Shown here one piece after another: positions 1 through 13,439 of a stretch of DNA of 64,000 nucleotides. The translations under genes were made by a program, and so were the position numbers. Positions within the stretch are counted from its first letter, which is position 1. Every line of letters starts with the position of its first letter. The notes under the pieces are model-generated. The model searched no databases. It had not been told where the DNA came from and saw only the letters and a program-made list of their open reading frames with translations. The DNA is from Schmidtea polychroa (lineage: Eukaryota): positions 51,276,001-51,340,000 of the forward strand of contig CM097885.1 of assembly GCA_044892525.1 (NCBI GenBank), in the 5' to 3' direction.

Positions 1-689
1 TCAACAAATAGATCATAAAGAAAAAATCCTCTTCACATGAAAACATTGGATGAAAAATAATTTGAACTTAAGGCATCAATAACTTGGTAAAAATGGATTA
101 AATAATTGTAAACATTCAAATCATAATAAATAAATATCAAAAATATGTAATTAATGGACAAGAAAGAACTTTAAATTCTAGTGATTAATCATCCAGTAAA
201 TAACAATAATACTAATCATTCAAGTTAAAATGAATCAACTAAGTTAATAAATAAGATCTAGTAGATAATTGATTTAGATTGAATAAATTAATCAACTAAG
301 ATAATAAAGTTATAAGAATTTTGAAATAAGATCTAGTAGATTGAATAAATTAATTAATTTTAATTATTGTTTTAAAAGTAATACATGTATACTCAAATTG
401 ATTGACTGATTGCTCAAAATATTCAAAAAATTCAGTATAAATTCATTACAATTATCAAAGTCGTCAATCGTTCAGCAAAATTTTTATTTAAATTTGACTT
501 TAAAAAATATTTCATAAAAATTTCAATCTAAAATTGACTTTGAAAAATATTTCCATTAAAAATTGACTTAAAAAATTATTCCATTTAAATTTTCATTAAA
601 AAATTTCATTTCTCAAAAGATTTGTGATTATTTAATGTTTTTGTTAATAAATTTAAAATTCTTACTTTAATTTACTTTTATTTTTAAAT

Positions 690-1610
690 TTTTACTTTAA
701 TTTACTTAATTTAAAAATATTATTAACTTTAAAATTTTAGACCATTGATTACTTAATTAAAAAATGTGAACCTTAATTAACTTTAATTTAACTATAATTT
801 ACCTATTTATCCTTTTATTACTTAATTTTAAATCATAATTTACTTAACAAGCAAATATACCCTTTATTTACATATTTAACCAATATTTTGAAATTTTATT
901 TACTTTATTTTAAAAATTTGGACCTTAATTAACTTATTTGAGCTCATTGATTACTTTAATTAAAGAATTTGGACCTTAATTTACTTTAATTTACTTATTT
1001 GAACTTTAATTAACTTTAATTTAAAATTTTAGAAACTTAATTTACTTTAATTTAAAAATCTGAGCCCATAGTTTACTTTAATTTAAAAATTAACCCATAA
1101 TTTACTTATTTGAACCCATTGATTACTTTAATTCAAAAATTTGAACCATAAAATACGTTAATTCAAAAATCTGAGCCCATTGATTACTTTAGTCCAATTT
1201 TTCGACCATAATTTACCTATTTATTCTTAATTTACCATGCCTTTTTAGTGTAGACTGATTTTTGCATTGAAGATCCCAGGACCAAGGAGACCCACCTCAA
1301 TAATATTTGGAAATATCCATGCTTTTTAGTGTAGACTCTTTTTTGTATTGAAAATCCCAGTACCAAAGAGACCCACCTCACTATAGTCAGAGAAATCCTT
1401 GAATTTTTTAGAGATAGTCGGATTTTGCATTGAAAATCCCAGGACCATGGAGATCCACCTTAATTTAGTTTGAAAAATTCTTGCTTTTTTAGTGATAATT
1501 GAATTTTGTATTGAAAATCTCAGGACCATTGAGACCCTCTCACTATAGTCAGAGAAATCTTGGCCTTTTTTTGTATTGAAAATTTTATTTTGTATTGAAT
1601 ATCCCAGAAA
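690..1610. repeat. Degenerate AT-rich tandem repeats (TTAATTTACTTT-like units), then ~85-bp units with core ATTGAAAATCCCAGGACCA..GAGACCCACCT
   Basis: The core recurs at ~1267, 1347, 1429, 1509 and 1594. The ORF at 1326-1529 is a by-product of the repeat. Confidence 0.7.
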
Positions 1611-4014
1611 AAATAAGTGTAGCTCCCGGCAACAATTACGTAACTGAAAACAAAAAAACTAAATGGCAACAATTTACCCTTTTATAAATCAAATTTTTAT
1701 AAATCAAACCCAGCACAGAACACATTTATTGATTCTCAAAACAAATGACAAAATGTCACTATGTTTTCACACTTCCTTCGGAAATCAGTTTACTTACGTA
1801 TAATGAGGTGACTTATTGGACAATCGCCTTTTCTTGTACGTCTATCTTTGTAATCTCTTTTGAACTTTCTCTAGGCCTTAGAGTCTAGGGATCTTCACTA
1901 AATTTTAATTAATTTTTTAATTTTATTTAATTTTATTATGCTTTTATTATACTAACCCCAGTAATTCTATTAAAAAGTTATTTGACACATGGTTTAACTG
2001 GATAAAAAATATGCATAAATGCTACTAAAATTTAGTTACCTAAAATTCATTATTCATTATTATTTATAACGCATGTAACTTTATGAAAACAGCAAACCTA
2101 ATACGCAACTAATATTAAAAATAACGGAAACTACAAAAAACCTTCATTTTTCAGCAATAACTTTATGTTTATACGAAACATTATAATTTTATATTTATAA
2201 CTAGTACATACAAAAAATTGTTAAATACTAAATTTTATCACTAAATATATACATTTGACTTCAAAATAGAAAATATTTCTATAATTGTATATAATAAAAC
2301 TAACTTGGAAAATTCACTACTTTCAGTAAAAAGTAAAACATTCATTCTTGAATTAAATTCTTGTATTTTTTTAATTATATTGTTATTGTTATTATTATTG
2401 GTATCAATAATAAATCATTTTTTAATATAAATAATTTAATATTTTACGGGATTTTGGTAATTTCTATATTGATGTTTACCTAATTGAACCCGAATTTTAG
2501 TTTATTGAAAACAATTCGAAAACTCTTTTGGACAAATGAATTTGAAATCAAGAAACCATAGAATTATTGTTATATGTTTACTGTGCTCTTTATTATACTG
2601 TATAGTAATAAAAAATATATGTTGGTTATGTTGTGGATATGACTCGAATATTTTTATGTTTCAATTAACTAACCAATCAATTTATAATTAATAAAATATT
2701 TTACAAATTCACCTAATTGAAGTAGTTTTTATTTATATATATTTATATATATTTATATATATTTATATTTATTTATCATAAGAAATTTTTTTCCAATTCC
2801 ACCACTGATTTTTCCCCCATTAAATATTTATTAGAAAGAGCTTGAAGACTATAAATCTGTAAATATAGGTGCTAGAATCTCAGTTTGACGAGCTTCTAAA
2901 AATACTAATGATAACACTGGTTAGTAAAACTTTATTAACTGTATTAACAAATAACCAACTTTTACATTTGAAGGAAAGAAATGTTATAAATATGTTTATG
3001 TTTGAGTGATTCAACTAGAAAATCAGTCACGTTTATTCTTATTTTATTATATCAACTCTTATTGACAGTTCTATTATTATAAGAATTATTATTATTATTT
3101 ATTATTATTTACACTCAAAATATTCTAAAATCCTATATAATTAATATTTTTATTTTATAATTATAAAGAACTAATACTCTATTTTCGCGTTATAAGTGAC
3201 CGGCTTAAAAAAGTTTTAACATTAACTTTTTTATTTGTAAAAGAGCTTAGTAAAGAGCTGTGGTTTATTAACAACTTTTCAGATAAAATATATTTATAAT
3301 GTGAAAACAGGGTAATTACAAAATTTTTAAACATATATAAATATATAAAGTGATGATTCCTTAATTACATTTTAAACAATTAAATGATAATTTAAGCCTT
3401 TTGCTGCGAATAATATATTTAATACAAATGAAAAAATTGTCAATTGTCAAGGGCTACCTTATTGTCAAAAAATTTTCATTTGTATTAAATATATTATTCG
3501 AAGCAAAAGATATATGAATATAACTTCACAATTATACAATTATTCACTGAAATACATCAAAACTTTATCAAAATTTGATCCATTGATATTTTACTTTTCG
3601 CCTCTATTTAGGGTTACCAGATTTTTACCACGCCGAATCATGACAATCTCGAAAAACCGAGACAGCTGGCAACACAAAAGTATTTTATATTATCAGTATC
3701 ATAATAATTGCAACTTTATTATTATTAAACAGCAACACAGCTCAACTAAATTGTTTATTGTTATATTTTTTTTCTTTCTCGTAAAATTTAAAAATGAATT
3801 TAATTCACTGCAAACTTGCATCACTATTTATTTCAAATTGACAGTCATAACACCTTAAACAACGCTTTTTTAGCCAACTTTTACATACACACACATTTTA
3901 ACGTTTAAGAAATACAAATTATTCATCTATACTTAAGAAAACCCATTCTACTATTAAAAAAATCATATTAAGAAACAATTTTAAAAAGATTTAAACAAAA
4001 CAAATAATCACAAG

Positions 4015-4565
4015 TGTCGGACAAGTGTGGACTATAAAAGCAAAAGTCTTCTTAATGGAATCAGAAGTTAGTGGTCGAGGATAAAATTAAAAAGATGGTC
4101 GAGAAAATAATTCGGAATTAAACAGTAGACGAAAATGTAAGAAATAGGAAATTAGAGAAATTAGAAGTGGGAAATTGGAAATTGGAAAGAAGAGAAAATA
4201 TTGGAACTAAACGGTGCGATAAAATTGAGTTCAATAAGAAAGGTTTAAAGCATACTGAATAAATTCAAGTCAAAGCAAAGGAGATTTCAATTCAATTTAC
4301 CAAACTATTTAGTCACATCAGCAGTTTGTAATTGTTAATTATTTGGGAATTTTACGTGTCGAGCTATTCCTTGTGTAGTGTTATAATAAACTCTGTTAGA
4401 GTGTTGAAATGATCGTGTTGTTATAATTTGTGTAATCAATTGTGATAAACAATAAAGGTTTATCTTGTCTGAGAACTGTTATTTTGTGGATCAGATAAAA
4501 CACACTTTGGAGTCAGAAATTTGATTGGTAACTTTTAAATTTTACTACCAGCCAATAACCCAACA
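4015..4565 (+). mobile_element. Possible solo/truncated LTR
   Basis: Starts TGTCGG and ends CCAACA. Has CTATAAAAG near the start, internal AATAAA signals and purine-rich composition. No matching TSD found. Confidence 0.3.
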
Positions 4566-4949
4566 AATATATGCAATAAGTATACAGATAACATAAATCT
4601 ATTAATAAAATGAATAAATATAAAAAATATAAAAATCAATAAATTTCATATTACCAAAATTATCACAATAAATATTGCTATTATCTTAAAAACGTTACGA
4701 TTATTTGAATACAAAATCATATTGTCACCAAGATAAATTGTTATAATGAATTTGCCAACAGTGTGTTGGTCTATTATAGTAGATGGATGGGTGCCCGCTA
4801 GACCAGGTGCCCGCTGGACCACATACCCCTCCCCCTCCCTCCCCCGGTCTGAAAAATTTTATTTTTTAGAACGATGCCACATATTTTTAGAACTATTACG
4901 TAATCGACGCAACATATTTTTAGAACTATTACGTAATCGATGCCTCATA

Positions 4950-6400
4950 TTATTAGTGGTCCAGCGGGCTCCTGGTTTTCGTTTCCCCAAAAGTTATCGT
5001 TCCCATCATTTTATTTCATCGCTCGATAGCTCATTTTAAAGCCCAGTGCACGATCTATCTACTGATATATAAATATTATTATCATCATTTTATTGGTATA
5101 GTTATTAACAATTGATGACCACCATCTTTTCATAGTGAAATTATTATAATTATTCATAATATTATAAGTGGTCCAGCGGGCACTTGGTTTTCGTTTGCCC
5201 AAAGGTTATCGTTCCCATCATCCGAATTTATTAATCAAACACTCATTTTAAAGCCCAGTGCAGGATCTATCTACTGATATATAAATATTATTATCATCAT
5301 TATTATTGGTATAGTTATTGAAATGAATTGAAATATTCGATCTTAGTTGATTTTAATAGAGCCTAAGTTTTGTTATGAAGGATTTTATATCTTGGTAACA
5401 TTCCGTAATTATTCTAGTTTCACCTTGTAGCTTCAGATTTAAATCGTTTAATTTCATAGTTATATCTATTATAAAACATAAATCTAAGAGCCATTGGTCA
5501 TCGTAAAATTCACATATCTTATTTCCATTTTTTTCCATAAAAATATGAATTTCATCTCTTAAATTCCTTAATCTTAATAGACAATTTCCACGATTTAACC
5601 ATCTAATTTTGGTATAATAAATAAGATTTTCATATTCGGAGTCGAGTTTATCAAGTAATTCTTGAAATTGGCGATGCTTTAATGAATTATTTTTAATTGC
5701 ATTAATTACCTTAACAACAACTGACATTACATGAGGCATATTTAAAACTTTGCACATAGATTCTCAAGATGAAAAAAACAATGGCAAATAAACATTTCAA
5801 AATCATTTGAACTTTCCTCCAAATCTTTTTTATGTTCAAGAATTAAATTAACAGCACCAAATTTTTTTTCCAACCATTGAGGGTGCCCCATCTGTCATGA
5901 TTCCAACAAGATTTTTAAAATCTTTTTGCCGAATTTCTATGCACTTTATGACTGCTTCTTTTAGATCTCTTCCGGTAGTGGTATTTTTTAAACTTATAAG
6001 ATCAAGCAACTCTTCTGTAACATTCATTTCATTATTAACACCCCTTATAAAAATAGAAGGCTGTGCAGTATCATTAATACCACATATCATTAATGCCACA
6101 TATTTTTAGTGGTCCAGCGGGCACCTGGTTTTCGTTTGCCCAAAAGTTATCTTTCCCATCATCCGAATTTATTAATCAAACACTCATTTTAACGCCAAGT
6201 GCAAGATCTATCTACTGATATATAAATATTATTATCATCATTATTAGTGGTATAGTTATTAACAATTGATGACCACCATCTTTTTCATAGTGAAATTATT
6301 ATTATTATTCAAAATATTATTAGTGATCTAGCGGTGACATAGTTTTGGTCATGCAACAAGTTATTGTTTCCATCATCTGAATTTATTAATCGATAGCTCA
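4950..6400. repeat. ~210-bp subterminal repeat units, each starting with an inverted copy of the terminal motif (GTGGTCCAGCGGGCACCTGG)
   Basis: Units start near 4955, 5167 and 6108, with a degenerate one at 6322. The array is interrupted by the hAT fragment. Confidence 0.75.
5320..6079 (-). pseudogene. Captured internal fragment of a Buster/SPIN-like (GTF2IRD2-type) hAT transposase
   Basis: ORFs 5353-5757 and 5848-6099 (TDGAPSMVG, IRWLNRG). Near-identical inverted copy of 13978-14733; no hAT TIR or TSD. Confidence 0.9.
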
Positions 6401-6682
6401 TTATTTTTAGAAAGATGCCTCATATTTTTAGAACGATGCCTCATATTTTTAGAACTATTGCGTAATCGATGCCACATATTTTTAGAATGATGACTCATAT
6501 TATTATCATTATTATTATAATTACTATTATTATTATTATTATTAATATATATACTCCTAGTCTATCCGACAAAATATTCTGTCCCTCTATGGGTACTGCT
6601 CACAAGGGTACTGCTCACGCTCAACAACTCGCAAGGGTACAATGATATTATTAAACAATGTAATAAAACACATATTTTCTAA

Positions 6683-6776
<94 letters not shown>

Positions 6777-7567
6777 TATAATTGACAATAAAGAGCGATA
6801 ATTTACAATTTTATACATACATTCTATGTATATATATTGCACATACCTTGTTTAACATGGGTGTGTATAGTCAGAGTTTATCCGACAAGATATTCTGTCC
6901 AGCTATGGGTATTGGTCACCAGGGTACTACACACATTCAACATGTCACAAGGGTATATCATTGGCACTATAACCAAATTAATTAATGTTTTCACTAACAA
7001 CAATATATGTTTACAGAGGCCTCCCACTAGTTGGATTACAACCGCCCACCACGACGATCTGCTTGTAAATACATAAAGAGGATAAAGAGGACCCACCCAA
7101 CCCTATTATATTTAATTTACAAAGGGTTTCTCGCTCTTCTGTTGGTAATCTATCTCAAAATTATAATCTCCATCGGTCCATTTGGAATACATCTTGCAAA
7201 TTGGACGTATTTATTAGTTTCTGATGCGGTGTCAACTCTCATTGCTAAAATTTGTATTGATTTAAAAGCAATTAACTTACAGATGTTATCTAACATTTTA
7301 TCGTCACATGCTTGATAAATTAAATTCTGCCTGACTACTAGGCAACTATTATTTGTGGTATACTTTTTCAATATCAATTCTTATCAATTCCCACCATAAA
7401 ACACAGATACTTAAATATAATATATATATTTTAAAGAATTAATTCATGTCTTACATTCGAAATCTTTCACATTCTTCAGGTATAACGAGTACTTTACAAT
7501 ATCTAATTGCCAAAACATTAGTTTTACCATTTTTCTTGACATTCGTTGAAAGAAAGTTTACATAATT

Positions 7568-8053
7568 TAAGTCTGATAAGTAAACATTCATGTTGAAGGA
7601 CACCCACAATCAGATAATTCATTTAAGAAATCTTTAAATCCGGAACTATAACTCCTTTAGTGTTTCACCATTTTGTCTGATTCATCTTCTTCATAATCCT
7701 ATAATTCAGGTTTAAATAAGAAATCTCTAAATCTCTATAACACATAAGTCCTTTGGTGTTTCACCATTTGTCTGGTTCATCTTCTTCATAATCCAATAAT
7801 TCATTTTCTGTTGGTGGTCTGAGCGGTCGATTTATTTAGAAATAGATATATTAAAGATATTTAAGGTATCAATCAGTAAAATAATATAGTATTTTCGAGT
7901 ATTTTTAGTTAATTTATAAATAACAGTATTTTGATATATCAATAAAGACCATATACTCCGAGTTTATCCGACAAAATATTCTGTCTCGCTATGGGTATTG
8001 ATAGCAAGGGTACTGCTCACATTCAGCATGTCGCAAATTATTATTTTCATGTA

Positions 8054-8115
<62 letters not shown>

Positions 8116-8295
8116 CCTACAAAACAAGTAGATATTTTTGAAGGAACAAATTTATATAATTTAAAAACTATAAAAACTCAAATACTTAGAAATTTTTTTT
8201 TTTTAAATATGTAGGTTACCTCAAAATACTTATAAATTTTTTTTTTAGAATTTATATAGGTCACATACACACATGCTGTATATTTTCAATAAATA
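7568..8295. repeat. Inner inverted repeat, left arm (pairs with 11316-11997)
   Basis: Reverse complement of 11316-11997, differing mainly in (ATT)n length. Confidence 0.9.
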
Positions 8296-11200
8296 CCCAT
8301 GCAATACCCATGGGGGGGGGGGTCAAAATATCTTGTCGGATAAACTCAGAGTATATATAATAAAACGAATTAATAATAACTCCATCAAATTGAATCAGTC
8401 AAATTATCACAAATTTTGATAAAAATTCTTATTCTAAAATGGTAAGAAGCGTAAAGTCGAAAGATAATTTTAATAACACGGGTATTGCTCGTAAGGGTAC
8501 TGGTCGTAAAGGTACTGGTCGTAAGGGTACTGGTATGTTTTAATGATTTTATTTAGGCAAATCTTTGGTTATTATTTGGCACTAAATTCATTGGTAATTT
8601 TTTTTTAGAGTTGATGTTAGTGGGATTTAGTAAATATTCAAGTGAATTACTATAATTTTTGTGAATTTCATGTTAATTGAAAGAATATTTAAAATTTAAG
8701 GTTTTATTGTTAATTCTAAGACAAATTTAATTAATTTCTTGATAATTTGCTATATTTTATTGACTTGTTTATTAAATAAAAATTATTTTTTATGACAGTT
8801 AGGTTAATAATTTGAGTTTTTACAATAATCAAGTGATAGGATAAATTATTTAATTTTTATGATGACTTTGTAATGATAATTTGATTAAATAATTTTTTCA
8901 TATATTTTCTAAGAATATTTCCATTTACGCATTGATGAACTTTTAAATATTGAAAATCTAAAGTTGAAACCAGCTAATTTTATCATGAATTTTATTTGAA
9001 ATCTACTTGAAAATTATTGTAAAATATACTGAAATTTGTGATTTAGTTTGGAAGATGTATCATGTTATAATTGCTATAATTGGCTGAATCGATGAAGAAT
9101 TATGATCAATCAATATATTTCATCCCTAGTTAGATATTTGATGGTAAATGTTGTGAAATATTTGTAGAAAATATTGATTTTAGTGAATTTGATCTTTTAG
9201 TGGGCTCTTACTGCATGAATTTATGTACTAAATTATTTCAATGGAAGGATGTTTGTAACAATTAAATAAAATTCATATTTTGAAGAATTTTCTATGGATT
9301 TTAAAAGAATTGATATATTAAAGGGCTCAAGTGGGTGAAATTAAGGGATATAGTCGGTTGGATTTAGTGAGGGTTTGGTTAAGATGGGAATATATGCTTT
9401 TTAAGGAATATATTCGGTTGGATGTTTAAAGGGGTAGAAATATTTGGTGAGGGATCGGTTAAGGTGGAAATGTTTTGAATATCTTTATTTAAATCGACAA
9501 TTTTCTTATTGGTAAAATTTTAAAGGGGAAATAGTCAGTATTTAGCTATGAGTCAATAATAGTTCCTGTGAAATTATATCGTTTTAGGTTTATTAGGTTG
9601 TAATGAATGTAATTGCACAGTAATTTAGATTTATGTTTTACTTTAGAACCAGTTTTTATTAATTATCCATGGTTTTATTAAGTGGTTTAGGGTTAATGAT
9701 CAATTAGGTGTTTATTTACTTGGTTTTGTCAATGAAATATCTGAAATCTTTAGAATTAATTGGAATGATATCAAAGGTTATTGCTTTAAATTATTTACCT
9801 TTATTTAATATGTTATAGACGGATATTCATTGTGGGGATATCGGTGACAAAACTTGAGAAATATTGACTTAAAAGAGTTGGACATCGACAGCAACTAAAG
9901 AAAATTGAACTTTATTGAAGGAAATTTATGATTTTAATTAGAAATTAAATTGGTTGAATATCAGTTACGGGTAAAAGATGGTCATTTTAAGGAATATTGT
10001 TATCGGGTGGATAAACCTTTCAATGATATTTTGCTAAATATTATTTTAAATGACAAAGTTAACCAATAAATTAGTCGATCGAAATAAGAATTCGGTAAAA
10101 GTTACATTTAAAATATTCCAATTATTCACGAATTTCTGATAAAGATATATATGAGCATCTATTTCTCACTAAATTACCTAGGAATTTCTAACTGATATAC
10201 ATGTACCTAAATTTAATAATTAATATACCCTTGCGACATGTTGAATGTGAGCAGTACCCCTGCTAGCAATACTCTTAGGGGGACAAAATATCTTGTCGGA
10301 TAAACTCGGAGTATAAGAACTTGCAATATTGATACATCAAAATACTGTTATTTAAAAAATACTCAAAAATACGATATTATCTAAGAATTCATTTACTCTT
10401 TTTTTTTTAATCTCATTTTTTTTTTAATTTCATTTAATCTTAAAATTTAAGGCTTAAATGATCTTGCTTTTAATATACCTATGAATTGATTTCTAAAATA
10501 ATCATGTTTTTCTATCAAACATGCATAAATTGAATAGAAATTTGCTGAATATTACTCAAATAAACATGTTTCTTGCTAAAGAATTTACTAAATAATATCT
10601 CCAAATGATATTTTGCAGAGAGGTATATAAAATCTCTATGAATTTGTTAAATGTTTTCCTCAATATAAATTGTTAATTAGTTCCTAAAATAGTCACAAAG
10701 AATTGTTCTAAGAATTTTATTCAAAACCACCCCCAATTAATCATATATTAATAATTTTAAATATTATAATAAATATGTTTCTAGTTAAATGATTGAAATA
10801 TTTGGTATTACTATCAACTATATAAAAATTGTTATGAATCCAAGAATATTAAATTAAATGGTACAACCAAAAACATGGATTTTTAACTAAATTGGTAAAT
10901 TTTTCTCGAAATATTTTACTTAAGAAATTCCTATATTTAAAATAACCATATATTTTTCATTAAATGGCCTAAATATTTGCTATTGGGTATCTAAATAATC
11001 ATGTTTTTTCTTAAATTGTATGGTATTGTTAAATATTTTAAAATAATAATAATAATAATTGATGAAAATGTTTGTGCAACTAATGAAAATGTTCCTGAAA
11101 ATAATCATAACAATATTGAAAATATAGAAAATGTTGAAAATTATGAAAATATTCATGCAAATGATGAAAATCATGAAATTGATGTAGAAATTAAGTTCTA

Positions 11201-11315
11201 TGAATATTTAAGTAAATAATGATACTTCGAAAATAAAATAATAATATTACTTTGAAAATAAAATTGAAAATAATTTTGGAAATAAATTTGAAAATACTAA
11301 TACTTTGAGTTAGAC

Positions 11316-11997
11316 TATTTATTGAAAATATACAGCATGTGTGTATGTGACCTATATAAATTCTAAAAAAAAATTTATAAGTATTTTGAGGTAACCTACA
11401 TATTTAAAAAAAAATTTCTAAGTATTTGAGTTTTTATAGTTTTTAAATTATATAAATTTGTTCCTTCAAAAATATCTACTTGTTTTATAGGATAATAATA
11501 ATAATAATAATTACATGAAAATAATAATTTGCGACATGCTGAATGTGAGCAGTACCCTTGCTATCAATACCCATAGCGAGACAGAATATTTTGTCGGATA
11601 AACTCGGAGTATATGGTCTTTATTGATATATCAAAATACTGTTATTTATAAATTAACTAAAAATACTCGAAAATACTATATTATTTTACTGATTGATACC
11701 TTAAATATCTTTAATATATCTATTTCTAAATAAATCGACCGCTCAGACCACCAACAGAAAATGAATTATTGGATTATGAAGAAGATGAACCAGACAAATG
11801 GTGAAACACCAAAGGACTTATGTGTTATAGAGATTTAGAGATTTCTTATTTAAACCTGAATTATAGGATTATGAAGAAGATGAATCAGACAAAATGGTGA
11901 AACACTAAAGGAGTTATAGTTCCGGATTTAAAGATTTCTTAAATGAATTATCTGATTGTGGGTGTCCTTCAACATGAATGTTTACTTATCAGACTTA
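11316..11997. repeat. Inner inverted repeat, right arm, abutting the right terminal IR
   Basis: Reverse complement of 7568-8295. Confidence 0.9.
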
Positions 11998-12805
11998 TGT
12001 GGTCCAGCGGGCACCTGGTCTAGCGGGCACCCATCCATCTACTTATTATATATTCCACTTTCTTTATCTGTTTAAGTTAAGACTAAATATATTGTGCTCA
12101 TCAAATAGTGGGCAAACCATCTAGGATTTTAAAATAAATCTTTGAAGAATTCAAGAAGCCGCATAGAAGTTTGTAATATATATCAATAATAAATTTGAAC
12201 AAAACTGTAGCGACGATGTTCTGATAGAATAGAAATTACTTGTTTTAGATTAGGAAAATGAAATGTTTTTTCAGAAGAAATACACATGATACTGCAGTTG
12301 ATGCAACGGAAATTTTCAAAAAATCGGTAGTTCATAACTTTAATGTAGCTTTAATCTAGATGCGACATTTGATTGTATTAGTAAAAAATATTTAATTTTA
12401 AACGATTTTTCTTGCATTTAAAAAAGCGCCGATGATAAGGATGTTGATTGTGATATTTTAAATGCTATTAAAGTAATTTCCCTATTTGTAAAAAACATAC
12501 AATGTGCAACTATTGCTAAAATAAGATTTGCATTAAAAAGCTGGTCCGCTATTAATATGTGAAAGTTAACTTAAATATTTACAATTATTATTTTTGCAAT
12601 TAATTTTAATTTATTTTCACAATTTAGAATATTTATAATTTTTTGTAGTATTTTTAAATTTTTTTGTATGAAAAAAATATAATAAACTTATAAATAAGTG
12701 TTTTATTTCTATTAAAAAAATGTCTAGGCCGAATTTTAGCCTAAGTTACTATTTTTATTGATATGAATATTATTTTTTAAGTATATTGTTTTATAAATAT
12801 GTTAT

Positions 12806-13180
12806 CAGGGGCGGCTCAAGAAATTTTTTCCAAGCCTAGCACCCTAGGTGAATTTTTATGAAGCGCCTACCATAAAGAATGCCAACAGAAACATTATGTT
12901 TTAATAATTTAAATTTCTTAATTCAACGAGTAGGCATTTCATAATAAATTTTTTATTGAATGAAATAAAAAATTTGTCCATTTCAAAATATAATAATATA
13001 TGCAGTTTCAAAATACATAAATAATAGTACAAAATAATATAGGAGTGACAATTGTGAAAAAGAAAAATTAAAGATATCATAATAAATAATTTTTTTTATT
13101 TATTCTAGAAATAATTTTAGAAAAATATTTTTGCGCCCTAGGCGGCCGCCTAGTTCGCCTATATGGTAGACCCGTCCCTG
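12806..13180. mobile_element. hAT MITE (375 bp)
   Basis: Ends CAGGGGCGGCTC / GACCCGTCCCTG; 8-bp TSD TATGTTAT at 12798-12805 and 13181-13188. Confidence 0.85.
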
Positions 13181-13439
13181 TATGTTATTATGTTATTTAT
13201 ATTTATAACTAATCTTAGCTTGAATGTTTAACTATACTAAGTGATTTTATTATTCGTTTGTTAAACTGATTTGGTAATTTCTGTTGGTTTTTTAGTGATA
13301 ACTTAAGCAATTTTACTAAAATTCTTCAAACTTATCTATGAGTATAATTTTTAGGTATATTATTATATAAATATATCTTTATTTTTAATTTAAAATTAGT
13401 TATTTATATTTAAAAATAGTTAAATTGTAAATTGATTTA

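Larger units (their letters stand above)
4778..12043. mobile_element. Non-autonomous Polinton/Maverick-type element (7266 bp)
   Basis: AGTAG...CTACT ends, 48-bp terminal IR (4778-4825 / 11996-12043) and 6-bp TSD TATTAT (4772-4777, 12044-12049). Shares a subterminal module with the TIR of the 26169-41794 Polinton. Confidence 0.85.

Noticed and set aside
2826..2867. ~40-bp match to ~50602-50643 as long-range element ends
   Set aside because: Same orientation, no TSD, and too short; probably fragments of a dispersed repeat.
6878..7400. Minus-strand ORFs in the small element as a second Bcl-2 or other known gene
   Set aside because: They look like a decayed, possibly spliced gene, but I see no BH1/BH2 or other recognisable motif.
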